Positions 1 through 16,918 of a stretch of DNA of 64,000 nt are shown piece by piece. The notes beneath the pieces are model-generated. The model saw only the letters and a program-made list of their open reading frames with translations. It was not told where the DNA came from and did no database searches. The DNA lies in NCBI RefSeq assembly GCF_009914755.1, contig NC_060927.1; one strand, 5' to 3'. The DNA is from the human T2T-CHM13v2.0 reference genome, Homo sapiens. Made by a program: the position numbers and the translations under genes. The stretch's first letter is position 1; each line of letters begins with the position of its first letter.

Positions 1-121
<121 letters not shown>

Positions 122-199
122 CTAATTTGACCAGGCACTGAAAGCTGTCTGATAGAACTGTGTACTGTCCCAAATATTGTCAGTACTGGTGCCTCTAGC

Positions 200-389
200 T
201 CAGTGGTTGCCAAAATACAATGTGATTAGAATCACCTATAGGGCTTGTTAAAACACAGAATGTTCAGCTCCATGCTCAGCATTTCTGGTTCATTAAGTCT
301 TGAATTGGATGCTGAGAAGATTCATTTCAAACGAGTTTTCAAGTGGTGCTCATAATGATGGTTTGGGAGCCACGCGTTGAGAACCACCA
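200..389. mobile_element. MER5A-like hAT-Charlie DNA transposon relic
   Basis: CAGTGGTT start, GAGAACCAC end, internal TTAGAATCACCT and CTTGTTAAAACACAGA motifs; about 190 bp. Confidence 0.75.
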
Positions 390-1639
390 TCTAGAATAAA
401 TTATAAATTGACATTCTATATCAGCAATAGAACAGGAATTACATGTTTTGATTTCATACAAAACTGTAGTCGTTTAAATAAATTGTAATGTCATGGAAGT
501 GAAAAAATCTTCCTTGTATGTCCTGTGCTAATCTAATATATCTTCCTTCCAGGTATGGTAATCTAGAACTTGCACCATCTGTTTCTTTTCCACCTATCTG
601 ACCTCTTTACTATCTTCCATTTTCCTAATTACCAATTTCCAGCTTCCTTTTAGAATTTTGTTTTTTAATCAGACTGATATATCCCAGAATTGACAACAGA
701 AAGAAAAAGAATATATGATATATGAGTTACATGGTATTGAGCCCCAATTAGTTCATTGTCCCCAAAGCAAGTCAATATAGTTTTTTTTCAATTTTACAAT
801 TTTAAATTCTCTTGGAAATGCATTAGCATGAGAACATCTAATAATTTTGTCTACAGCAGAGTAGATAACACAACTTTTCCTCAAGATTGGAGAATATCCA
901 GCCCTGTATGGATTTTTATGTCATTATATAAAGCTATAGGAGCCAAACATCAATAAACAACATTAAAAAAAAAAACAGTCTTGAGAATTACACCAGTGTC
1001 ATCCAGATAGAAAGCAATTTCAAATCAATCTGGGAAAATTGTTTTCCAGGCTCTTAAGCAGTTTCAAATTTTCTTGGCCAGACACTTTGGAGGACTTTTC
1101 TGACATTTTTCTACATTAAAATCTAGAAAGTCAGAGGAATAAAATAATTTGAGTAAATTAAATATAGACACTACTTATCTAATGGATGTACAATAAATTA
1201 TCAGGTCTTGTTATTTATACTTTCTAACCATTTTTAGGATTCTTCTCTTCCTAAATATCCCTGATTCCCTTATCTTTTTCTTGGATATTTGTAGTATCTT
1301 CCTTCTTCAAAACAAATTATTCAGCCAATTTGAACTACTTCTGTATTCATGAATACACCATACACTGTTTAATGCTTCAGATCCTTAGTACAGTTGTTTA
1401 CTCTCCCTAGAGCACCCTTATTCTGTCTTCACGGAAAATTATTATGCATCCCTCAGTTAATACTGGTATATGCTGGAAGGCCACACGTGCCATATTCTAT
1501 TTATCAAACCTAGTCCCAAGATCAACTATGACTTCAGGAGGTTAGAAAACTAGATCTCAAAACTCTGAATGTAAGGAGTATTGCAAGGTGTGTGTATACT
1601 GCAATGGGATGGATTTTTAGCCTTTAAACAATCTACTAC

Positions 1640-2051
1640 TATCTTAGTCTGTTTTGTGCTACTACAACAGAATACCTGAGTCTGGGTAATTTATAAACTG
1701 TAGAAGTTTATTTGGCACACAGTTCTAGAGGCTGGGAAGTTCAAGATCAAGGGGTCACATCTGGTGAGAGCCTTCTTGCTTCATCATCCCAGGGTAAAAG
1801 GCTGAAGGGAAAGAAAGCATGTACAAGAGAAAGAGGAAAAGAGGCCAAAGTCATCCTCTCATCAGGAATCCACTCCCACAATAACCCACCCTCACAATAA
1901 TAGCATGAATCTACTCGTGAAGGCAGAGCCCTCATGACTGAGTCACCACTTAAAGGTCCCACCTCTCAAAACTATTGCATTGGGGATTAAGAGTTCAATA
2001 CAAGAACTTTGTGGGGGGCGGGGTGGGGGTCGTCACTTTCAAATCATAGCA
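1640..2051 (-). mobile_element. MaLR LTR (MST/MLT1A-like)
   Basis: TCTTAGTCTGTTTTGTGCT...CTGGGTAATTTATAAA...GGCTGGGAAGTTCAAGATCAAGG...CATCTGGTGAG...AAAGGTCCCACCTC. Confidence 0.8.
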
Positions 2052-2999
2052 ATCACATTCTGCCCTTTGGGTACAAAGTATTCACATTTACTCCACAGGT
2101 AATATTTGCTAAACCTTTCCCAGAACACCTCCTAATATCAGCCTAATTATAGCATTAGGCTCAATATTCACAATCTCATAATCTCCATCTTATCCAGGTA
2201 TGGATGAGATTTGTGTGGGGGGTGGGCTGGGGGGGCTTTTCTTTGTCTGAAATCTGTGAACTCAAAAGCAGCATACCTTTAAATATTTCTGAGTTCTTAA
2301 GAAATTGACTTGCAGCCATGTTGTTAAGTGCTCTTTACCCTAAATTCAATTCTCACCTTGAAAATCTTTCTGAAATATATATATATATATATATATGAAA
2401 TCTTACCTTAAAAATTCATTCTTACAATGAAAAGTATGAGATACAGTTTTTATTTTCAAGGAAAAAGTACGTATGGAGCCTTCTATATTTCTGCTAAGGT
2501 CTACTTTCAAACTGAATAGGACCTTCTTCAGTTTAACTCTGATTTCCTGTTCTTATTATACAAAATGTAATTAAATGAATAGAAGGCAAAGGATTCTTCA
2601 ACACTCTTCCTGAACATCTTTTTCAATCATAGCCACAGGATATATTTTCTGTCTTCGAATTTACTACGTTCAAGTGTTGAAATCTTTTCCACCACTATAT
2701 AATACAGGCATTTCTTTTTCTAACCTTAAAATTAAGTTTTCTCACTGTTCTTCCTGATTACCTACCTCCCAGTTTTCATTTCTTTCTTTTTTCATTTATT
2801 ACCAGTTTTTTTGTTTTTAGGGTTTGTTTGCATGTTTGTTTTACCAATATCCCAACTTTAAGTACCGGTTTCTATAACAGTTATCTCTACCAAACCACTC
2901 TGAAATCTAGTTTTAAAACAATGTCATACTATCTCTCAGTGTCCTTTGAATTACAGTGGTTCCTTATTGTTTCTATCATCACTGTTTCATTTTTACCTG

Positions 3000-4090
3000 G
3001 GAAGCTGTATTTAGTTGAAAGTTTAGTTGGGCTGGAAAATTCATGATAGTGTGACATACATATTTGGTCACTGGTGCTGGCTGTCATCTGTAATGACTTA
3101 GTTATTCATATGTCTAATAATTGTAACGCTTCAGGTTCTTGCCTAGCCACGCCAAAGAATTGGTGTGGTGGCTGACTGCGGCGAGTGATGGAGACAGGGA
3201 CCAATAGAGAGAAAACGCTGTAGGCTTTATTGAGCAGAGTGACAGTGCAAAGCTTCCACAGTGTGGAAGGGGTCCCGAACACGTAGCCACTGTTGGTTTT
3301 AGGTGATTGCCTTTTAAACTCTAACGCGGGAGATACGTGAGGCGGGAAGCTCTTACCAGAGCAAGAAACAAAGACAATTAACCATTTGTGACATGTCTTA
3401 CATCTTGAGGAAAACCGGAATTGCAACTTAGGTTTTATCTGCTTTATGACTTCGCAGTGGCATGGCAAAAGAGACAGGATCTTACAGGACTTTACAAATT
3501 ATGTTTACAAGAATTGGAATTGGGAGCATAGATAAGGTCCACTGGTCACAGAAAAACTGGCAGTTAACATTCTGTTTACTTTAGTTTCGGGGGAGGGGGA
3601 AGGGAGAGAGGACACAGGGAAACTTACAGCAAAATTTTCGCTATTTATAGCTTTCTTGGGGAAGAAAACACATGCACAAATCCTGGTGTTAGGAATATTT
3701 TAAGCATATATCTTCAATATTATCCGTCCAGGACCGAAGTAAGTCCTGATGCAGGAAATGAGTGAGTTTCACAGCTTTCTGAGCCCCTACTCGACCCAGG
3801 AAGCCCCGCTGGCCCCTCCTCTCATAATCATCCAGTAAAAGTGACCACTTCCCTTACATGACTTTCTTAGGAAAGCATTCCAAGATGAAGAAGGCAGAAG
3901 AAGCAAGGCTTCTTGATGCTAATACTCTGGAAATTGCACAGTATTACTTATGCCAAAGTCTATTATTTAAAGTGTATCACAAAGTGAGCCCAAAATTAAG
4001 AGAATAGAGGAAAGGATTAGACCTCGGGATAGAAGTAGCAGAGATATACCATTATACAAAAGTGTTTTTACTGAAATTGTAGGAGTTTGT
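3000..4090. mobile_element. Old MLT1-type MaLR LTR interrupted by the ERV1 LTR; ends approximate
   Basis: MLT1-like motifs on both sides of the ERV1 LTR (TGGTGCTGGCTGTC; GCATTCCAAGA...GCAAGGCTTCTT...CACAAAGTGAGCCCA). Confidence 0.45.
3122..3824 (-). mobile_element. ERV1-class solo LTR (LTR30-like; subfamily uncertain) with 4-bp TSD TAAT
   Basis: TG...CA termini; minus strand starts TGAGAGGAGGGGCCAGCGGGGCTTCCTGGGTCGAG; minus-strand TATAAA and AATAAA; TAAT at 3118-3121 and 3825-3828. Confidence 0.85.
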
Positions 4091-4254
4091 GGCACTAATA
4101 ATGTACCACAACCCCATTAACCAAAACTAATCTTAGTAAAGAGCCCTATTAAATAATTGACAAAATAGGTGATAATTTTGTAGTTTAGGACAAATTCAGC
4201 TGAAGCCTAAAGCATTCTTTTAATGGTAATGGTCTGACCCAGTGTTTTCTTTCT

Positions 4255-4480
4255 CTTTTTTTTCTAGCTTTACTGACGTATAACTGACAAGTAAAAATTG
4301 TATGTGTTTGGGAATACAATATGGTATTTTAATATATGTATACATTGGAAAATAATTACTGCAATCAAGCTAATTAACATATCTATAATCTCACATAGTT
4401 ACCTTTCTCTGCGTTGGTATAAACCCTTAAGATCTATTATCTTAGCAGCTTTCAAGTATACAATGCATTGTCATTAGCTA
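4255..4480 (-). mobile_element. Old L1 (L1MA-type) 3' end fragment
   Basis: CAATCAAGCTAATTAACATATCTATAATCTCACATAGTTACC resembles the reverse complement of the L1MA 3' UTR. Confidence 0.7.
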
Positions 4481-4674
4481 GTATTTTCTGTCCGCTACTC
4501 AGGTGTGGGCAAAGCTTTGTTATCAATCTCACTGCTTTTATCTCTTGCCGTAAGCTATTATGGCACGAAACTAATGCAACCATTTTTAATTCTTATAATG
4601 AAATAGTATAAAAAGTGTGCCTTAAAATTAAAGTATGTTAATAATATTTGTATAATATAGTTGAAGCATAAATA

Positions 4675-4970
4675 TATACATTTCAATAGCTTTTGGGATA
4701 CAAATGTTTTTGGTTACATGGATTAATTGTAACGGTGGTGAAGTCTGAGATTTTATTGCACTGGTCACTGGAGTAGTGTACATTGTACCCAATATTTAGC
4801 TCCCCTTCTACCTTTCTCATTTATGAGTCTCTGATATCTATTAAAGCACTCATCTAGCTTAATTCTCACTTATGTGTGACAACATATTGTATTTGTTACT
4901 TCACTTAGAATAATGGCCTCCAGCTCCATCAAAATTGTGTAAAAAAATTACTTTATTCGTTTTCATTGAA
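4675..4970 (-). mobile_element. L1PB-type 3' end fragment
   Basis: TTTCAATAGCTTTTGGGATACA...GGTGAAGTCTGAGATTTT...CTTAGAATAATGGCCTCCAGCTCCATC. Confidence 0.7.
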
Positions 4971-5181
4971 TTTATTCTTGATTAGTCAGTAATAGAGCCC
5001 CCTGTGTTTGTGTGTGTGTGTGTGTTTGTGCATGTGGGTATTTTGAGCTTATTCACGTTGTAGAATCAATAATAATATTAACTTTGTAAGTCACATTTAT
5101 TATCTGCAAGCATAAAGTCATTATGAAAAGGACTCAGATTTTGTATTATAAATGAAATGTTTTTAATATTCGGTTGTTGTT

Positions 5182-5192
5182 AACTTTAATAT
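5182..5192. repeat. Target-site duplication of the L1HS insertion, copy at the 3' (poly-A) side
   Basis: AACTTTAATAT is identical to 11408-11418; extends to 16 bp with one mismatch. Confidence 0.75.
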
Positions 5193-5369
5193 TTTTTTTT
5201 TCATTTATTTTAGTTTTTATTGTGAAATAATAATACACACAAACACCTATGTATCCATCACACAGGCCAAGAAACAGCACATTCCCCTGCTCCAGACTTA
5301 CACCTAACTCAGATTGCACTGTCTCTCTCTTTCCTGCAATTTCTGTCATTTCCTTATTTTTCTTTTTTC
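5193..5369 (-). other. L1 3' transduction with second poly(A)
   Basis: Non-L1HS sequence between the L1 poly(A) (5370-5385) and a second T-run (5192-5201) next to the TSD; minus-strand AATAAA at 5216-5221 and 5204-5209. Confidence 0.75.
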
Positions 5370-5590
5370 TTTTTTTTTTTTTTTTATTATACTCTAAGTT
5401 TTAGGGTACATGTGCACATTGTGCAGGTTAGTTACATATGTATACATGTGCCATGCTGGTGCACTGCACCCACTAATGTGTCATCTAGCATTAGGTATAT
5501 CTCCCAATGCTATCCCTCCCCCCTCCCCCGACCCCACCACAGTCCCCAGAGTGTGATATTCCCCTTCCTGTGTCCATGTGATCTCATTGT

Positions 5591-9442
<3,852 letters not shown>

Positions 9443-9481
9443 TCATTAGTTGATGCAGTTTCTTCCTAGTCTCAATGGTCT

Positions 9482-10498
9482 TTACATTTTGGCATGATTT
9501 TGCAGCGGCTGGTACCGGTTGTTCCTTTCCATGTTTAGCGCTTCCTTCAGGAGCTCTTTTAGGGCAGGCCTGGTGGTGACAAAATCTCTCAGCATTTGCT
9601 TGTCTATAAAGTATTTTATTTCTCCTTCACTTATGAAGCTTAGTTTGGCTGGATATGAAATTCTGGGTTGAAAATTCTTTTCTTTAAGAATGTTGAATAT
9701 TGGCCCCCACTCTCTTCTGGCTTGTAGGGTTTCTGCCGAGAGATCCGCTGTTAGTCTGATGGGCTTTCCTTTGAGGGTAACCCGACCTTTCTCTCTGGCT
9801 GCCCTTAACATTTTTTCCTTCATTTCAACTTTGGTGAATCTGACAATTATGTGTCTTGGAGTTGCTCTTCTTGAGGAGTATCTTTGTGGCATTCTCTGTA
9901 TTTCCTGAATCTGAATGTTGGCCTGCCTTGCTAGATTGGGGAAGTTCTCTTGGATAATATCCTGCAGAGTGTTTTCCAACTTGGTTCCATTCTCCACATC
10001 ACTTTCAGGTACACCAATCAGACGTAGATTTGGTCTTTTCACATAGTCCCATATTTCTTGGAGGCTTTGCTCATTTCTTTTTATTCTTTTTTCTCTAAAC
10101 TTCCCTTCTCGCTTCATTTCATTCATTTCATCTTCCATTGCTGATACCCTTTCTTCCAGTTGATCGCATCGGCTCCTGAGGCTTCTGCATTCTTCACGTA
10201 GTTCTCGAGCCTTGGTTTTCAGCTCCATCAGCTCCTTTAAGCACTTCTCTGTATTGGTTATTCTAGTTATACATTCTTCTAAATTTTTTTCAAAGTTTTC
10301 AACTTCTTTGCCTTTGGTTTGAATGTCCTCCCGTAGCTCAGAGTAATTTGATCGTCTGAAGCCTTCTTCTCTCAGCTCGTCAAAATCATTCTCCATACAG
10401 CTTTGTTCTGTTGCTGGTGAGGAACTGCGTTCCTTTGGAGGAGGAGAGGCGCTCTGCATTTTAGAGTTTCCAGTTTTTCTGTTCTGTTTTTTCCCCAT
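9482..10498 (-). CDS. ORF1: LINE-1 ORF1p RNA-binding chaperone, 338 aa
   Basis: MGKKQNRKTGNSK start; REKG, ARR and YPAKLS motifs intact; 63-nt spacer to ORF2. Confidence 0.98.
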   Translation of the reverse strand: MGKKQNRKTGNSKMQSASPPPKERSSSPATEQSCMENDFDELREEGFRRSNYSELREDIQTKGKEVENFEKNLEECITRITNTEKCLKELMELKTKARELREECRSLRSRCDQLEERVSAMEDEMNEMKREGKFREKRIKRNEQSLQEIWDYVKRPNLRLIGVPESDVENGTKLENTLQDIIQENFPNLARQANIQIQEIQRMPQRYSSRRATPRHIIVRFTKVEMKEKMLRAAREKGRVTLKGKPIRLTADLSAETLQARREWGPIFNILKEKNFQPRISYPAKLSFISEGEIKYFIDKQMLRDFVTTRPALKELLKEALNMERNNRYQPLQNHAKM

Positions 10499-11404
10499 CT
10501 TTGTGGTTTTATCTACTTTTGGTCTTTGATGATGGTGATGTACAGATGAGTTTTCGGTGTAGATGTCCTTTCTGGTTGTTAGTTTTCCTTCTAACAGACA
10601 GGACCCTCAGCTGCAGGTCTGTTGGAATACCCTGCCATGTGAGGTGTCAGTGTGCCCCTGCTGGGGGGTGCCTCCCAGTTAGGCTGCTCGGGGGTCAGGG
10701 GTCAGGGACCCACTTGAGGAGGCAGTCTGCCCGTTCTCAGATCTCCAGCTGCGTGCTGGGAGAACCACTGCTCTCTTCAAAGCTGTCAGACAGGGACACT
10801 TAAGTCTGCAGAGGTTACTGCTGTCTTTTTGTTTGTCTGTGCCCTGCCCCCAGAGGTGGAGCCTACAGAGGCAGGCAGGCCTCCTTGAGCTGTGGTGGGC
10901 TCCACCCAGTTCGAGCTTCCCGGCTGCTTTGTTTACCTAAGCAAGCCTGGGCAATGGCGGGCGCCCCTCCCCCAGCCTCGTTGCCGCCTTGCAGTTTGAT
11001 CTCAGACTGCTGTGCTAGCAATCAGCGAGACTCCGTGGGCGTAGGACCCTCTGAGCCAGGTGTGGGATATAGTCTCGTGGTGCGCCGTTTCTTAAGCCGG
11101 TCTGAAAAGCGCAATATTCGGGTGGGAGTGACCCGATTTTCCAGGTGCGTCCGTCACCCCTTTCTTTGACTCGGAAAGGGAACTCCCTGACCCCTTGCGC
11201 TTCCCAGGTGAGGCAATGCCTTGCCCTGCTTCGGCTCGCGCACGGTGCGCACACACACTGGCCTGCGCCCACTGTCTGGCACTCCCTAGTGAGATGAACC
11301 CGGTACCTCAGATGGAAATGCAGAAATCACCCGTCTTCTGCGTCGCTCACGCTGGGAGCTGTAGACCGGAGCTGTTCCTATTCGGCCATCTTGGCTCCTC
11401 CTCC
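10499..11404 (-). promoter_or_regulatory. L1 5' UTR: CpG-rich internal sense promoter and antisense promoter
   Basis: About 900 bp, GC- and CpG-rich, upstream of ORF1; YY1 site CAAGATGGCC at 11384-11393 (minus) intact. Confidence 0.93.
10954..11169 (+). CDS. ORF0: L1 ORF0 (antisense, 71 aa)
   Basis: MAGAPPPASLPPCSLISDCCASNQRDSVGVGPSEPG...RHPFL; donor-like sites after nt 106 (11059) and nt 191 (11144). Confidence 0.9.
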   Translation: MAGAPPPASLPPCSLISDCCASNQRDSVGVGPSEPGVGYSLVVRRFLSRSEKRNIRVGVTRFSRCVRHPFL

Positions 11405-11407
11405 GGC

Positions 11408-11418
11408 AACTTTAATAT
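11408..11418. repeat. Target-site duplication of the L1HS insertion, copy at the 5' side
   Basis: AACTTTAATAT followed by GTTTT/A, an EN-like TTTT/A site. Confidence 0.75.
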
Positions 11419-11631
11419 GTTTTATTTGGTACAAATACATGAATCATGGGGGTAGAGCTGGAAAGAAGTCTTTCCAAAAGAAATGTTACAAATCTTCCTC
11501 CATATAAAATTCACTTTTTAATAAGTAAAATTCTGATTATAAGTTAATGTCTCCTTTTAAACTCTGCCATTTGTGAAATGATCAACAACGACTTGATGCC
11601 AAAAGCATTTTAAAAGGATACAGAAGCATCT

Positions 11632-13638
<2,007 letters not shown>

Positions 13639-15878
13639 ACCCACCATCTTTAAAGTCTAAGCTAAAATTTCCCATTTTGGTTGCAGTGGTTGAATTTAGC
13701 TGTCTCAACTTTTTAATTTGGTATATAAATTATTCATTTCTCAAAATGCATAGGCCTCCTTTTCTTCAGATATTCATATCAAGAGTACAAGATCTCCCCA
13801 TAGAAGCATGTTTTTATCCAAACCAAATCAAGTAAACTAAGTTTCAGAGTTTTTCCACTTAGATAGATTTGCTTAGGTAGATTTTGAATCTAATTCCAAT
13901 ATCAAAGTGATAAATAGCTTCAGATGGAAAAATTCAGGTGATTAAGCCTTGTCAAATATTTACCAAATAGTACGTTGATGAACTGAATGCTTTTAATGAG
14001 TTGTTCTAAACCAAAGATTAAAATTGCAATTTGCTGTGATAAGTAGAAATCCTACAAAATTCAATATTGACAACTAAATCATCAATTTAAGGAATAGTAG
14101 AAGTTATTTTGCATATCATTCAGCAAATAGATGATTAGAACAGAATTGTATAGTTTACCTCTGCATTTGCTGCTATTTAGCATTTTTTAAACACCCACTG
14201 TGGGCCAAGAGATGCACTGGAATGTACAATAAAATGAGCACCCACAGTTTTGCTACATGTAAATGGAGAATTCAGCAAGATATATAGAGTTTAAGGAACT
14301 ATCATTTATATTATTTTTAAAATATAGTAATTGCATTTTATATCCCCACCGAATTACATTTTCATATTTTGTAAACTATATTAAACTCCTGAATATACAG
14401 TTCTGGAACTCAGCAAAAGGTAATATATAAAACTGAAGATCAGGAGAAAGGCAAATGATACAGATTTAGTTGGAGGCCAAGATACAGTAATCAGAATGGA
14501 TATATAGATGTTTTAAAAATCCATCAAATATTATAATATTTAAATCCACAGGGGTAAATGCAACTAACATGAAATAATATGTATGGTAAAAGAAGAATGT
14601 TAAAAAAGTATTTTGGGGATAACATCATGGGCAATGGTTTTATTGCTGTGAGAGAAATAGAACTACAGAAAGGAGACTAAGATGGAGAATGGGCAGAAAC
14701 TGAAGATAGAAAATGAGCTGAGATGTTGTCACTGAAGGAAGGAAAAGAGACAGCTTCAAAGTGGATGAGAGTCAGCAACGGACTGCACTAGTTTAAGTTA
14801 AATAGAAAGAATTCATGTTAACAGCAGAGAGCTAGGTGATATATTGATACGGTTTCAGTGGAGTTCTTGCCTACAGCATATGATTAACAAGCAGTGTGAA
14901 AGAATGAATAATGAATGGCATATGAGAATGTTCGAACTGGATAAGTACACACTTCATTCAATGGTCATAAGACAGGGTGGTAGGTAAAGGCCAGTGTGAG
15001 GAAAGTTTTTTGTTTGTTTATTTGGTTTTGTTTTGTTACTTTTTATATGGGATAAATTTGAGCCTGTTTAAAATCTGAGTGGAAAGATTCAGTTGTGAAG
15101 AGTGCTTGAAAAGAGGGTATAACTGAAAAATCAATGACCTTGAAGTACAAGGGGAAGTAGAGACTGATTGGTGGAGAAGCAAGAAGAACAATATAAGGGA
15201 ATATCTGCATAAATGAAATCTGTCCCTTGCTTCTGGTATAAGTATAGAGTCCCGCTTGGAGGGCTCATATTTTCTTTAGAAAGTGGAGAATTGAAGGGTA
15301 GGAGACGTTGTCAAGAATAAATGACAACTGAAGAAGAGTGTGTGTGTGTGTGTGTGTGTGTGATATCAGCAGACTAGTTTACTTTTGGAGTTAATGAAAA
15401 TGTACTATTATAATGTGTCAGCTGGGAACTAAAACATAACAGGAGAGAAAGAGGAGCCCTTCCAAGAGCAGTGTTATGGTGGGGAGACAGAAATTTATAA
15501 CAATGACTAGACGGGTGGAGCAATCTTCTTAATAGTTCTAGAAGTGATGTGATGTGTGTGTGTGTGCATGTGCTCTCACGTGTGCATGTGTTAGAGAAGA
15601 GAGAGGATATTATCTATCAGCTTAAATACACAGTAAATGATTTAATATGATTTTATTCAATCACAATTTTTGATACAATGACAAATATTTTCTTTTTTCA
15701 GCAAGAATGAAATACTTTAGTTTGGATGCAAGCATTGATTATATACTGGTTGTTTAGTGTCTAGGCAGAAATAAGGTTGAAATATAAAGTGTCTTAATAT
15801 CCAAACAATATTCATCCAAGTAACTTAGTTGTTCATTTCATTTCAAAAATGAAGACCAATACACCTGTTCAACTCTGA

Positions 15879-16445
15879 ATTTTAGCCTTGGGAAAACGTG
15901 TTTTTGTATAACACATTTTAGATTATACATGTTACCAATAAATTGTACTTAATCACTCAATCTAATATTTTGGAAATATTTTTGACTCTACTTCCTTGAA
16001 TCTCACATCTATTTTTTCTCTAAATCTCCTGTAACTTTTCAAGCACTTTCACACACTACTGCCATCCTAACTTGATTGTGAATAACCTCATACCTACAAC
16101 CTTACCCATATAACTCTTGTTAAAAGTTTCCTAATTGATTTCTGTAGAATCAGTCAATGGACACTTCTTACAAATAACCATCAGATTAATCTTTCCAAAA
16201 TGTTTGTTCAAACATGATAGTCTTGTTTGGAAATCTTTCTTAAGTACTCACTAAAATATCAGAATTTTAAATCCTGAAGTTACCTTGAAGATTTGGCTTT
16301 TGATACATATATATTTTATCCTTGGGAAAACATATTTTTGTAGAACACATTTTAGATTATACATGTTACCAATAAATTGTACTTTATCACTCAATCTAAT
16401 ATTTTGGAATTATTTTTGACTCCACTTCCTTGAATCTCACATCTA

Positions 16446-16446
<1 letters not shown>
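15879..16446 (+). repeat. Two direct copies of a 134-bp segment (15879-16012 and 16313-16446)
   Basis: Ungapped alignment at offset 434 with about 7 mismatches by eye. Confidence 0.92.
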
Positions 16447-16484
<38 letters not shown>

Positions 16485-16575
16485 ATACATATATGTATAT
16501 ACGTATATACATATATATATGTATATACGTATATACATATATATGTATGTATATATATATATATATATATATATA
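16441..16575. repeat. Compound microsatellite (ATCT)n, (TATATACG/TATG)-type, (TA)n
   Basis: Seen directly. Confidence 0.95.
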
Positions 16576-16629
16576 ATGAAAATGAAGCCTATAGAAAGGA
16601 AGTGAAATTCCTATTAAGTTCCAAGAACT

Positions 16630-16884
16630 CTTTTAGTTAGGTACTATGTATAGAGCATTGGTAAAAGAAATAAAGTCCTTAACCTCACAGAGCTTATACA
16701 AAAGAAGGCAATAAGCAATAAATAAATTAAAATATATGAACAGATAAGATAATGACAAGGTGTTGTTAGAGCTATGAAGAAATTAAAACTGGGCAAAGGG
16801 AGAGGGCATGATATTTGAGTGTGTGTGTGTGTCTATGTATGCCTCTGTGTATGTCTGTTTGTATAAGTGTATGTTTGTATGTAT

Positions 16885-16918
<34 letters not shown>

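Noticed and set aside
3106-3468. 120-aa ORF
   Set aside because: Lies almost entirely within the ERV1 LTR; no protein motif.
5146-5349. 67-aa ORF over the transduced segment
   Set aside because: Crosses the poly(A) and TSD junction; low complexity; no coding evidence.
5341-5369. Possible TSD directly beside the L1 poly(A)
   Set aside because: No match to the 5' flank at 11405 onward; the match lies at 5182-5192.
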